IMG/VR virus record: IMGVR_UViG_3300005077_000054
Location: 1-37,082 of that record
Direction: 5' to 3' (one strand)
Source of the DNA: a virus
Taxonomy: Duplodnaviria; Caudoviricetes
DNA: 37,082 nucleotides
The translations under genes and the position numbers were made by a program. This document shows positions 18,994-28,342 of this stretch, piece after piece (the first letter of the stretch is position 1; every line of letters begins with the position of its first letter). Below the pieces are notes generated by a model, which searched no databases, was not told the origin of the DNA, and was given only the letters and a program-made list of their open reading frames with translations.

Positions 18994-20286
18994 ATGACTC
19001 CTCTTAATTATCATTTTAAAATTAAAGCGAAAGTAACAAATCGAAGGCCCCTGGATAGTCATTTTAAAATTAAAGCAAGGGTGACAAACCGGAGACCACT
19101 TGACACTCACTTTAAGATTAAAGCGAAAATTGCACGTACCACTTATAATCAATTAAATCACTTTAAAATTAAAGCAAAAATCAGGAAAGTCGGTTTTCTT
19201 GATACAATGTTCATTATTCCATCTCCCGGTGACCCTCCAGTTATACCTTCTCCTTACGAAATTGATGAAATTCTTGCGATCAGGGCTTACGTGCAACTTC
19301 CTGATGACGGAATTGAAAAATTAATACCTGCTGATAGGCCAGAAGAATTTGGATACCACTGGGAATTTAACAAAGAATTAACCTGGCATTTAACCCTGAT
19401 TGATTTTGACAGAAGCCTGGTTGGTTCAGATTCTGAATGGCGCGGTATGTTTGAAGATGGCATTTACAATTATTATTGCGGCAGAAAATTTTTGAAAATT
19501 ATTTTAACTTCATGGTGCAAAGATAAATATATTGATTTTACATTGCCGCGTCTTGTAATTAAAGAAAGCCCAAAATCTGACTATAAGTTAACTTTTTCAG
19601 GGTATGATTATATAACTGAAATTCTGACTCAAGAGGTAAACCTTCCTTCCTTTTGCGCCATGGAGGCTCTTTCTCCTGTTCAGTCAGTTGTAGATGGCGA
19701 AATAGTTTTAAGTCAGCGAGAATTCAAGGTAAATTCTTTAACGAATAATTACATTACTGAGCTTTATGTAAATTATCAGTTAGCTACAGCCGGATGGGCT
19801 TATAATCCAGAAACAAAAATAGTGACATTTAGTTTCGATATCCCGAATAATTACGTAGTATTTGCCAGGAGTCCGATATTAAAACAAACTGCAATTCAAT
19901 CTATTTGCGATCAGTCGGTAAATAAACTTCCGTCAAGCGTTACTAAGGAATATATAAAATGTAATTTTAATGGATTACCTCAACAATATTTTGACGCAGA
20001 ACTGGCAACTTTTGGAGTTCGACCCAGGGACACAGTACAGAAACTTTTAAATAGTTTTCCGGGAGATTATTTAATAATGCCACACAGTAGCGATTTATCT
20101 CTTAATTTTATGCCGAAAGTTCTCGGAAACGAATACCGAAGACCTAAATATTATTTACCAGAGACGTTAATGTTCGGCGGAAAAATTAATATGCCAAAGA
20201 GTTCTGCAAGAGAATTTACTTACGGACATGTAAAGAAATATTCAAGAGTTTATGATTCGCAACAAGCTGTTACGGTAACGCAATAA
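18994..20286 (+). CDS. Tail-tip / hub-like protein with four N-terminal HFKIKA repeats
   Basis: Position; repeats start at 19012, 19060, 19108 and 19159. Confidence 0.5.
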   Translation: MTPLNYHFKIKAKVTNRRPLDSHFKIKARVTNRRPLDTHFKIKAKIARTTYNQLNHFKIKAKIRKVGFLDTMFIIPSPGDPPVIPSPYEIDEILAIRAYVQLPDDGIEKLIPADRPEEFGYHWEFNKELTWHLTLIDFDRSLVGSDSEWRGMFEDGIYNYYCGRKFLKIILTSWCKDKYIDFTLPRLVIKESPKSDYKLTFSGYDYITEILTQEVNLPSFCAMEALSPVQSVVDGEIVLSQREFKVNSLTNNYITELYVNYQLATAGWAYNPETKIVTFSFDIPNNYVVFARSPILKQTAIQSICDQSVNKLPSSVTKEYIKCNFNGLPQQYFDAELATFGVRPRDTVQKLLNSFPGDYLIMPHSSDLSLNFMPKVLGNEYRRPKYYLPETLMFGGKINMPKSSAREFTYGHVKKYSRVYDSQQAVTVTQ

Positions 20287-20297
20287 GGGAGAGTAAA

Positions 20298-21059
20298 ATG
20301 AGTGAAGTAATAACTCTGTCTGGTAGTGGAAAAGGAAGCTGTAATTTTCAAAATCAAATAGCCGTAAAAAATTCTGTAAAACTTAGCATTTCTGATAGAA
20401 AAAATGGAGGAGGAACTGCTTCTGTTATAGATTATGCCGGGACAGAGAAAACAGAAGAAGACGGAACTATTACCGTTACTGCTGTTAATTATACTTATCA
20501 GTGTTTTCCTGGAACTCCTCCCGGCACTATGTATGCTGATTCTGCAAACTGGGCTCCTGGTTTACGGGTACCAAATTATCGAATTGCAGTTCCAACGAAA
20601 GGCACTCCTCCCGGAACTATTGAAATAACAATAAATTGGAAAGTTTATATTCCTCCTCCTGAAAAGCCAGCTCAGGGGCAAACAAAGGAAGAATGGAGAG
20701 CTAAAAAGGTTATACTCGATGAGGGAATTGACGTTGAAGTCGTCGATGATGCCGCTGATTATTACGGAAAATCTCCAAATAAATTTCCTGACGATATAGA
20801 TCTGTATGTCTCGGACATAGAATCCGCAAAACGCAAAGGTATGGCAACCATATGGAATTCTGTGAAAAAACGCGATGGCTCTATTCAAGGGAAATACAAT
20901 CCTTTGGTTGTTCCTGGAGATATCTTTTTAACTTCAGATAGTTCTCAAAAAGCTTATGATTTAGAATTCAGGTGCAAGGGAATTGATTTTAATTGGAGAG
21001 CAAAAGAAAAGCCGGTTTGTCAGTATTTATTTAAAGAGAGGTATTTTGAAGGTGAATAG
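20298..21059 (+). CDS. Tail-tip protein, hub C-terminal-like
   Basis: G..NPLVVPGD motif typical of the last hub/Tal domain; RBS ggggag. Confidence 0.5.
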   Translation: MSEVITLSGSGKGSCNFQNQIAVKNSVKLSISDRKNGGGTASVIDYAGTEKTEEDGTITVTAVNYTYQCFPGTPPGTMYADSANWAPGLRVPNYRIAVPTKGTPPGTIEITINWKVYIPPPEKPAQGQTKEEWRAKKVILDEGIDVEVVDDAADYYGKSPNKFPDDIDLYVSDIESAKRKGMATIWNSVKKRDGSIQGKYNPLVVPGDIFLTSDSSQKAYDLEFRCKGIDFNWRAKEKPVCQYLFKERYFEGE

Positions 21060-21840
21060 TTTAAGTGGGCTAATTGATGCTATAAATATAATAAATTTAA
21101 ATACGACAAATAAAAACATTAGGCCGGGTGCTATCATTGGAGCAAACACAGACGGGACATATACTGTATTAGCAACCACTGATAAAGGCGAAGAGATAAA
21201 ACTTTACAATAGAAAATCTGACAGCGATTCTATTGCTTATACCGTTCAAGACATTTTACAGACCGCAGAAAACATAAATATTCAAATTTTGTTAAAATGT
21301 CCGGACGGGGATATAAACAGAGCCGTAATAGATAGATTGGCTCAGTATAATTTTCCTGCCACGCCTACAGTGCATCATTTTACAACTGGATCTTCAGGCG
21401 GCTGCTGTTTCCTCCCTGGAACGTTAATAAAAACTGTTTTTAGGGAAATAGAAATTGAGAAAATAAGACCTGGTTTAAAAATTTTCGGGTACGATGAAAA
21501 ATTTAATAAAATTGTTCAATGCCGAGTAAGAAAGCTTCTAATTCACAATAAAGAAGAAGAAAAAGTGACTGAATATTATCTCTTGAAGACTGAAAATTCG
21601 AAAGTAAAAGTAACAAGGAATCACCCTTTTTATACTAAAATAGGAGAATACAGGCAGATAGAGCAAATAAACGACTATATATATCTACATAAAAATAATG
21701 AGATAATCAAAGAAAAAATTCTTTCAAAAAAATTAATTTGTTGCGAGAAAACAACTACATACAATCTTTCTCTTGATTTAGCAAGTCCCTGTAATTATTT
21801 CGCTAATAATTACTTAGTGCATAATGTGTATTGCAAGTAA
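21052..21840 (+). CDS. Putative tail spike-position protein with C-terminal Hint (intein-like) domain
   Basis: GG-CCFLPGTLI (block A), VTRNHPF (block B TxxH), TYNL...NYFANNYLVHN (blocks F/G); start GTG 21052 (track start 20983). Confidence 0.85.
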   Translation: MNSLSGLIDAINIINLNTTNKNIRPGAIIGANTDGTYTVLATTDKGEEIKLYNRKSDSDSIAYTVQDILQTAENINIQILLKCPDGDINRAVIDRLAQYNFPATPTVHHFTTGSSGGCCFLPGTLIKTVFREIEIEKIRPGLKIFGYDEKFNKIVQCRVRKLLIHNKEEEKVTEYYLLKTENSKVKVTRNHPFYTKIGEYRQIEQINDYIYLHKNNEIIKEKILSKKLICCEKTTTYNLSLDLASPCNYFANNYLVHNVYCK

Positions 21841-22595
21841 TGATTAAAGATTTTGTAGAATTAATTCAAAATAATAAGGTGATTTTAAATCTTTCTAATT
21901 GTCCTTGCTGTCTTGGAACATTGGCACGTGGAAAAGTTTTAAAGGAGAAGTTTCCCGGGATAATTTTAACTGCCTCTTCTGGTTTGCCGATTTCAAAAAA
22001 ACAATATTTTCCATACAGTCTTGTGACTCAGAATTTTAAAGAATTGATTATAAGGGAAAAGGTGAGCCTAGTAATTCATGATTTCAGAATAAATTACGAT
22101 CTTTATAATACCGGAATTCAATTAAAAATTCCTCAGTATTTAATTTATATTAATCAAGAATTTAAATATCAGATAGAAGCTTTCAAGTGGGAAAAAATAA
22201 TTTTCCCGTATCCAGAAAAAAAGAATAAATATAAAATAGGTAATCAACCGGTAATGATAGTTTCTCTCTCTTCCGGTGGATGGTTTGAGACTGAAAAAGT
22301 TTTTCAATACGCTTATGGCAATTTCAGTGAAGAATTTGACCTTATTTTTATCTATGGAATTTTCTATCAGGGAAAGAAATTTGAAGATGTAAAAGCTTCT
22401 ATTTTTGAAGAAAACATTATTGAATTATTCTCTCTGGCTAATACAGTGGTAACTTTCGGTTCTTATAACACCATGGCGGAATTAATTACTTTAAACAAAA
22501 ACTTAATAGCAATTCCAAGGAAAAATAACCCGACAGAACGTGAAACCGCCAGATTTGCCAAATATTTTCCAAACATAAAAATATTAAATTTATAA
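21840..22595 (+). CDS. GT-B glycosyltransferase (GT28 C-terminal-like)
   Basis: LG..AR, VIHDF, VSLSSGG, VTFGSYNTMAE...IAIPR motifs; TAATG coupling to the Hint gene. Confidence 0.75.
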   Translation: MIKDFVELIQNNKVILNLSNCPCCLGTLARGKVLKEKFPGIILTASSGLPISKKQYFPYSLVTQNFKELIIREKVSLVIHDFRINYDLYNTGIQLKIPQYLIYINQEFKYQIEAFKWEKIIFPYPEKKNKYKIGNQPVMIVSLSSGGWFETEKVFQYAYGNFSEEFDLIFIYGIFYQGKKFEDVKASIFEENIIELFSLANTVVTFGSYNTMAELITLNKNLIAIPRKNNPTERETARFAKYFPNIKILNL

Positions 22596-22657
22596 AGAAA
22601 GGAGGCAGTTTTTACCTTAAATTCTTAAAACAAATCACGAAAGGACTGATATAAATA

Positions 22658-22978
22658 ATGTGGTACAAACGAGAAAAAATAGAAATAGGAAGCCTGGTAA
22701 CAAAAGAAGATAGTAAAGTTCTGGCAGATGGAGAAAGCATTTCTTTCCCTTCTGCTGTTGAAGGAAGAGGGAAAATCTGGATTTCTGATAATTCAGAAAA
22801 AGCAGAATTTTACTTTACAAAAGCTGGAATTGTAACGCTTGAAGGTGAAACATCAGGCATAGTGGCAACCAATACAGCTTTAAAGCTCTGTGTTTACGAT
22901 TCAGGAACATCTATAAAAATTCTGAATAATACAGGCAGTAATATAACAGTAAACTATTCAGTAAAATACAATTCTTAA
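22658..22978 (+). CDS. Small beta-rich hypothetical tail-associated protein
   Basis: ORF with RBS gaaagga; LCVYDSGT.I.I.NNTGS pattern. Confidence 0.55.
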   Translation: MWYKREKIEIGSLVTKEDSKVLADGESISFPSAVEGRGKIWISDNSEKAEFYFTKAGIVTLEGETSGIVATNTALKLCVYDSGTSIKILNNTGSNITVNYSVKYNS

Positions 22979-22991
22979 GGAGTGATTAAAA

Positions 22992-23834
22992 TTGAAAAAA
23001 CAGATATTCTTTACTGTAATTATTCTTTCTCTTATTCTTGCCGGAATGGCTCTTTCTGCAGTTCCAAATGAAACCTGGCACGGGCTTAAAATTTTTGCAG
23101 ACGGGCTGTATGTGACCGATGCAAATACTGTGGTAATTTCAACTTCCGGGAACATAACATCCAAAGAACTTTATTTAACTTCTCTGGATGCAAATACAGT
23201 ACCTTATTTAGACACTAATAAAAAATTTACTTCTTCTTCTGTAACTACTGCTGAACTCGGATATTTGCACAATGTGACATCTGCAATACAGACACAATTC
23301 ACCGGGAAAGCAAATCAAGCTTCTGGGAAAACTGCGACTATACATAATTCTGTTGATATATACGGGACGGATGGAACCGCAATAACTTTGCCTTCTTCTT
23401 CTTGCAATCTTGCCGGAGTAACTTCTGGGAAATCGTCAACAATTCATAATAGCATAGAATTTTACGGTACAGATTCCACATCTGTAACCTTTCCGTCAGG
23501 TGGTGGCAATGTAGCAGTATATGATGCCAATAGTTATATTGCAGACTCTCAAGTTTATGATAAGCATACAAATCTTGATGCGAACTCTATAGGTCTTGGG
23601 ATAGCAAAAGATGCATCTTACGCATTAAAAACTGCAGGCGAAATATATGCGGAAGGGGTAATTAACAGCGGCAGCATTCAGCCAATTACAGACGATACTT
23701 ATTATCTTGGTAAAAATGATGATGATTCGGGAAAGGCCTATAAAGGTCTTATCCTAAAAGATACCACCAATGGAAAATATTACAGAATAGAGATTACAAA
23801 TGGAGAAATTTATGCGACTGACTTAACTGATTAA
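22992..23834 (+). CDS. Fibre-like protein with N-terminal signal peptide
   Basis: MKKQIFFTVIILSLILAGMALSA; VTTAELGYL..VTSAIQTQF fibre motif; LKDTTNGKYYRIEI.NG end. Confidence 0.65.
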   Translation: MKKQIFFTVIILSLILAGMALSAVPNETWHGLKIFADGLYVTDANTVVISTSGNITSKELYLTSLDANTVPYLDTNKKFTSSSVTTAELGYLHNVTSAIQTQFTGKANQASGKTATIHNSVDIYGTDGTAITLPSSSCNLAGVTSGKSSTIHNSIEFYGTDSTSVTFPSGGGNVAVYDANSYIADSQVYDKHTNLDANSIGLGIAKDASYALKTAGEIYAEGVINSGSIQPITDDTYYLGKNDDDSGKAYKGLILKDTTNGKYYRIEITNGEIYATDLTD

Positions 23835-23860
23835 AATATGAATTTCACAATACATAATAA

Positions 23861-23896
23861 AAAAAGAGCGGTATTGATTTACCGCTCTTTAATTTT
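23861..23896 (+). terminator. Hairpin / terminator
   Basis: aaagagcggta-ttgatt-taccgctcttt. Confidence 0.65.
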
Positions 23897-23917
23897 ACAA
23901 AAGAAAGGATAATAACT

Positions 23918-24178
23918 ATGTCTTCGAACGGAAAAGTTGAAATTGCCGAAACCAATGTAAATCAAAGATTATCTTTAACGCCTCGACCAAGAAAAACAGT
24001 ATCTCTTCGTGCAGGTAAGAATAACTCTGGAGATATTTATTACGGTTCTTCAGATATCGATGGAACCAATTCAGATTATATGAGCCCAGGAGAACTGAGA
24101 ATTTTATCTTATTTCGATATGTACGCTCTTTATGTCCGGGGAACCCAGGGAGATAGTTTGCTCTACACTGTAATTTAA
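23918..24178 (+). CDS. Small beta-rich structural-type protein
   Basis: A.KNNSGDIYYG...PGE.....D...LYV.GT.GD pattern; RBS gaaagga. Confidence 0.6.
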   Translation: MSSNGKVEIAETNVNQRLSLTPRPRKTVSLRAGKNNSGDIYYGSSDIDGTNSDYMSPGELRILSYFDMYALYVRGTQGDSLLYTVI

Positions 24179-24193
24179 GAATAGGGTGAAAAA

Positions 24194-25753
24194 ATGCAAT
24201 CAAAAAGTTTATCTTTCAAATATATCAATAATAGTCCTTCCATCCCGAATAATCTGGATTTGCAGGATGTAACTATATCTGAGAATACAAGCATAGAAAG
24301 CACGGAAGACGGCCCCGGCATAATCACCAGATGTAAAAATCTGACAATAAATTCAGACATTACCTGGAGCCTCACGAATAAATGTCAACAGTGGGATATA
24401 ATCGTCAATGGCAATCTCACCGTCAATGGAACTATCTCACTGAATTCACTTGGAATTAGCAGGGCAGAAGCCCTTATCTGTAAAGTGTTCGGCTTTTACG
24501 ACTCAGGTGATATTCCGGTTCTGATAGGCTCAAGACCTAACGCAAAAATTGATTTCAACTGGAATCATAAAGAATTCACGATTGCAGCCGGTGGAAGTGC
24601 TACAGATGGCGGAATTCTGAATATCTACGTTAAGGGTAACGTCTCTATAGGAGCTGCAGGTGTAATCTCTGCGAACGGTGCAACTGGTAAGAATGGCGGA
24701 ACTGTCCATATTTATTACACCGGAACTTTCACGAATGCCGGCAGTATTACGGCAAATGGTGGAACAGGCGGAACCGCTGGAACAATTACAGTTGAAGATA
24801 TTACTTATCTTATTACAGAATATCAGAAAACTCTTGCAACTGGAGAGTATATCTACACAATAATTGACCTTGGCGGCGGTAAAGCCATGATAGGTACTCG
24901 TAGCACTGGAAAAGTTTTTTACACTTCTGACTGGGGAGTAAACTGGGCAGATCAGGGAGTAGTTGCATCTGGTGTGACTATCAGAGATTTTTGCGATCTG
25001 GGTAACGGTCATATTTTGGCTGCAGTCGGAGCAAAGACTGCGTCAGGAGCTAAGATATATGAGACTCTGAATTATGGGACTTCCTGGGCACTAAAGACAA
25101 CACTTGGCACCGAGGAAAGAGTTTGTTGTTTCTGTTACCTCGGAAACGGGGTAATACTTGCCGGTACAAGAGCAGCAGCACGAGTTTACAAATCAACTGA
25201 TTCAGGAGCTACATGGACAAGTAAGGGAAGCCTTGGAGCAAGCTCTGGAAATAATTGCAGGTCAATGATAAATCTCGGTAGTGGTATAGTACTGGCCGGA
25301 ACAAAAAAAGGAGCCATATATAAATCTACTGACAGCGGTGAGACGTGGTTACTAAAGCAAACTCTCACCACAGATAAAAAAGTCAGGTATTTTGCTAATT
25401 TAGGCAGTGGTGTTGTACTATGTGGAGACCAAGCAGGAAAGGTGTGGAAATCTTCAAATTCGGGTGATACCTGGACACTCAAGAAAACTTTCTACACGAA
25501 ACAAGAAATCCAAGAATTTAAGAGTGTGGTAGGTAATAAAATTCTTGTGTCCATGTCTCCAACAAAAGTGGCATCTACTGACACTCAAAAGCATGTGGCA
25601 GTGTCGGAGGATGCCGGAGAAAACTGGACTATTATCAACGCATTGAGTTCCAGTGTAACAAATTCCTACGGAATAAACAGACAGAATATATTTTTTCAGG
25701 GGATACCTAACAGATGGGTTAATATACCTATCAATCATTTTGGAGCTACTTAA
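24194..25753 (+). CDS. Putative receptor-binding protein: Gly-rich N-part plus Asp-box (BNR) beta-propeller
   Basis: Six S/T-x-D/N-x-G-x-x-W repeats (TSDWGVNW, TLNYGTSW, STDSGATW, STDSGETW, SSNSGDTW, SEDAGENW). Confidence 0.75.
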   Translation: MQSKSLSFKYINNSPSIPNNLDLQDVTISENTSIESTEDGPGIITRCKNLTINSDITWSLTNKCQQWDIIVNGNLTVNGTISLNSLGISRAEALICKVFGFYDSGDIPVLIGSRPNAKIDFNWNHKEFTIAAGGSATDGGILNIYVKGNVSIGAAGVISANGATGKNGGTVHIYYTGTFTNAGSITANGGTGGTAGTITVEDITYLITEYQKTLATGEYIYTIIDLGGGKAMIGTRSTGKVFYTSDWGVNWADQGVVASGVTIRDFCDLGNGHILAAVGAKTASGAKIYETLNYGTSWALKTTLGTEERVCCFCYLGNGVILAGTRAAARVYKSTDSGATWTSKGSLGASSGNNCRSMINLGSGIVLAGTKKGAIYKSTDSGETWLLKQTLTTDKKVRYFANLGSGVVLCGDQAGKVWKSSNSGDTWTLKKTFYTKQEIQEFKSVVGNKILVSMSPTKVASTDTQKHVAVSEDAGENWTIINALSSSVTNSYGINRQNIFFQGIPNRWVNIPINHFGAT

Positions 25754-26572
25754 ATGAGTACTTTACAAATAGGCTCTCTTTCATGGAAATTCATCGGAGA
25801 CAGAGGCTTTATCGAAAAACTCGCATCTGTTATGAAGCTTAAAAATAGCCACGCGTCTTCCAGAATTGTTTTGTTCCGTGGTGATTTTCAGGATATCATA
25901 AATAGACATCCTTTCCGGTGGGGATGGCAGACTCATGGTAATTATGCTACTCATAATATAGTGAAAGATATTCTCTACAATATAGGTGAGAAGAAGGATG
26001 AGGATGCAGACTTTCAATTAATGAAACAATCCTTTTTCTTTCCTATATTCAGAGAGATTATACAGGCCGGGGGATTGATTATTCACAGCACTTTACTGGA
26101 GAAAAATAGATTAGGCATAATCCTTGCCGGCCAAAATTCATCAGGTAAAAGCAAATGTGCCAGAAAAGCAGTAAAGCCCTGGAAAGCACTGTCTGATGAC
26201 ATAACAATATTCCTGAACGGTAGGGCTTATCCTTTCCCTACTTGGTCATATTTCCTGCATAAGAAAAACCAGAGAATTCAAGATAGTTGGAATGTGCAAA
26301 GGGGAATACCTGTAAAAGTTATATTTTTTTTGGAAAAGACAAATATAGACTCAGTGGTAAATATAGAGAAAGACCAGGCTTTAAGTAATGTTATGGCTTT
26401 TTCTACCGAACTGATACAACAGAATTTTAATACTCTGTCAAAAGAAGAGATAAGGCAATTAAGAACTCAAATTTTCCACAATAGCATGAATTTAATAAAA
26501 CGTTACCCGACTTTCATTTTACAGCATAGTTTGAATGGAAATTTCATAGAAAAAATTGAAGAGGTGATATAG
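25754..26572 (+). CDS. HPr-kinase-like P-loop protein, SynChlorMet ScmC-like
   Basis: GGL..HS.LLE...GIILAG..SSGKS, W.ALSDD, AYPFPTWS, W.VQ..IP...IFFLE motifs as recalled for ScmC. Confidence 0.72.
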   Translation: MSTLQIGSLSWKFIGDRGFIEKLASVMKLKNSHASSRIVLFRGDFQDIINRHPFRWGWQTHGNYATHNIVKDILYNIGEKKDEDADFQLMKQSFFFPIFREIIQAGGLIIHSTLLEKNRLGIILAGQNSSGKSKCARKAVKPWKALSDDITIFLNGRAYPFPTWSYFLHKKNQRIQDSWNVQRGIPVKVIFFLEKTNIDSVVNIEKDQALSNVMAFSTELIQQNFNTLSKEEIRQLRTQIFHNSMNLIKRYPTFILQHSLNGNFIEKIEEVI

Positions 26573-27568
26573 ATGGACAAAATAAAAAAAGAAAAAATAA
26601 AAGAATTGCCTGATAAAGAGCCTATTAAAGAAGAAGTAATTCAACCGGTTCCGATTAAAACTTTTATGTATCAGGGAAGTTCCATGATGCCTCTTTTTAT
26701 TGATAAAGACATTGTGGACATCGGAATTTATCATGATGTAAGTGAAATTAAACTTGGCGATATCATAATAACAAAATCATTGCCATTAACCGGAAATAAA
26801 CACGTAATACATAGAATTGTAGAAGTCACTAAAGAAGGAAAAGTTAGAACTAAAGGAGATAATAATTCTTCTCCTCCTGATGATTGGGAACTTAATTTTG
26901 AAGAAATAGAAGGCAGAGTAATCAATGCCGATAGGCCCAAAAGAATACAGAGAAAAATCATCTATAATCAATTCTGTAAACAGTCCAGGGAAATGGCTGA
27001 GCAAATTGCAGAACAAAATAGACTGCAAAGAGAGCAGCTTCAAGGGGTAATAGATTCTTTAAATGAAGAATTAAAAAATTCTCCTGAATATACTGCTTTA
27101 TTTGATAGTCAGATGTGGGCCGATTATCTTCAAGCAATAACAGATATTAACCAAGCTGATATAGATAAAGAAGAAGACACGATAACAGAAGAACAGTATG
27201 ATATTATTAAAGAACAATTCGACGCTATTCGTGAAACTACAACCAATTCTCAGGTATATAAAGATTACTTTGCATTAACACAGCATGAAGCTTTGAAAAC
27301 TGCAAATGCCGATTTGAAAGAATTTGAATATGACCTCATGAAGATAGAAATCGACTCTCAGGAAACGAGAGAAAAAGAAGATAATATCGTAGGATTCCCT
27401 GTAGTAGTTTTAAATATCCCGGAATATTTGAACTGGGATAAACAGAAAATTCCTGAGTCTAAAAAAATGTATCATAAGATTTCAAACTTACAGAAAGTAT
27501 CTACCTGGGAAGATGCCTGGAAGAATAATATCAAAAAACTGATTGGAACGGAGAAGTTAGGTGTATAA
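26573..27568 (+). CDS. S26 (SipW/archaeal-type signal peptidase-like) domain fused to a coiled coil
   Basis: GSSMMP, GDII, IHRIV, TKGDNN..PD, IEGRV; no transmembrane anchor. Confidence 0.8.
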   Translation: MDKIKKEKIKELPDKEPIKEEVIQPVPIKTFMYQGSSMMPLFIDKDIVDIGIYHDVSEIKLGDIIITKSLPLTGNKHVIHRIVEVTKEGKVRTKGDNNSSPPDDWELNFEEIEGRVINADRPKRIQRKIIYNQFCKQSREMAEQIAEQNRLQREQLQGVIDSLNEELKNSPEYTALFDSQMWADYLQAITDINQADIDKEEDTITEEQYDIIKEQFDAIRETTTNSQVYKDYFALTQHEALKTANADLKEFEYDLMKIEIDSQETREKEDNIVGFPVVVLNIPEYLNWDKQKIPESKKMYHKISNLQKVSTWEDAWKNNIKKLIGTEKLGV

Positions 27569-27614
27569 AATTTTCTTTTTGATTATAACAGGATATTTTG
27601 AAGAATAAGGAGTG

Positions 27615-27923
27615 ATGCCAATGGGAGATAACGAAAACGGAGACAAAAATTTCTATCGTGAATTGATAAAAAAACAGATAGAAATATCAGAAAAGACAAA
27701 TGAAATGATACAGGAACATGGAGAAATTCTGATTGAACAAAAAGCTATCTTAAACGAAATAAAAATAGCTCTCCAGTCAAAACCCTGTATCGTTAAGGAA
27801 AAGACTGAAGAGCTTAAAAGAGTTATGGAAGTAAACGAAAATTCAACTTACAAGTGGATTATCGGGAGCTTATTGGTTCTTATCACGGGGATTTTGACAG
27901 CATTTGGATTCTATAGACATTAA
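27615..27923 (+). CDS. Putative holin / XhlA-like protein
   Basis: Coiled coil plus single C-terminal TM helix (WIIGSLLVLITGILTAFGF) upstream of the lysin. Confidence 0.55.
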   Translation: MPMGDNENGDKNFYRELIKKQIEISEKTNEMIQEHGEILIEQKAILNEIKIALQSKPCIVKEKTEELKRVMEVNENSTYKWIIGSLLVLITGILTAFGFYRH

Positions 27924-27946
27924 AATAAAAAAAGGAGTGTGTATTT

Positions 27947-28342
27947 ATGGACGTAAAAACAGTATTAAATCAGGCAAAAACAGTTATCGCAGTGGTGGAC
28001 AAATGGGATGACACCGCTATAGCAGTATTAAAATCTATTGCAAGCCTTCCTTTTGCTCCTGTATGGTTAAAGACTGCAGCTTTCATTATTGAAAAATACG
28101 AAAAAGCTATAATCGAAAAAGGTTCATCTGCAATTGATTTTGTCATCTCCCTTCTTGGTGGTATGGAAAAGGCTGAAGAGCACGGGGAAAATAAAGAATT
28201 TGAAAGCAAAGAGCAGAAAAGCGAAGAGAAACTTAATATTGCTCTGGCAGAAGTAAAGCCATTATTGGTATCTGTTCAGGGAGTTACAGAAAAAGTTTCC
28301 GGTATTGTCGGGTTAATTAATTCCTTCAAGGAGATGTTTTAA
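27947..28342 (+). CDS. Hypothetical protein in lysis cassette
   Basis: RBS aaggag; amphipathic helices. Confidence 0.6.
   Translation: MDVKTVLNQAKTVIAVVDKWDDTAIAVLKSIASLPFAPVWLKTAAFIIEKYEKAIIEKGSSAIDFVISLLGGMEKAEEHGENKEFESKEQKSEEKLNIALAEVKPLLVSVQGVTEKVSGIVGLINSFKEMF

Noticed and set aside
21403-21825. Canonical mobile splicing intein
   Set aside because: No endonuclease domain, the +1 residue is Val, and the C-extein is only 4 aa.
24530-25012. 160-aa minus-strand ORF and other antisense or nested ORFs in the track
   Set aside because: Shadows of well-supported genes, without RBS or motifs.
22992-25753. Diversity-generating retroelement or invertible fibre switch
   Set aside because: No reverse transcriptase or invertase, and I saw no near-identical template/variable repeat pair in the window.
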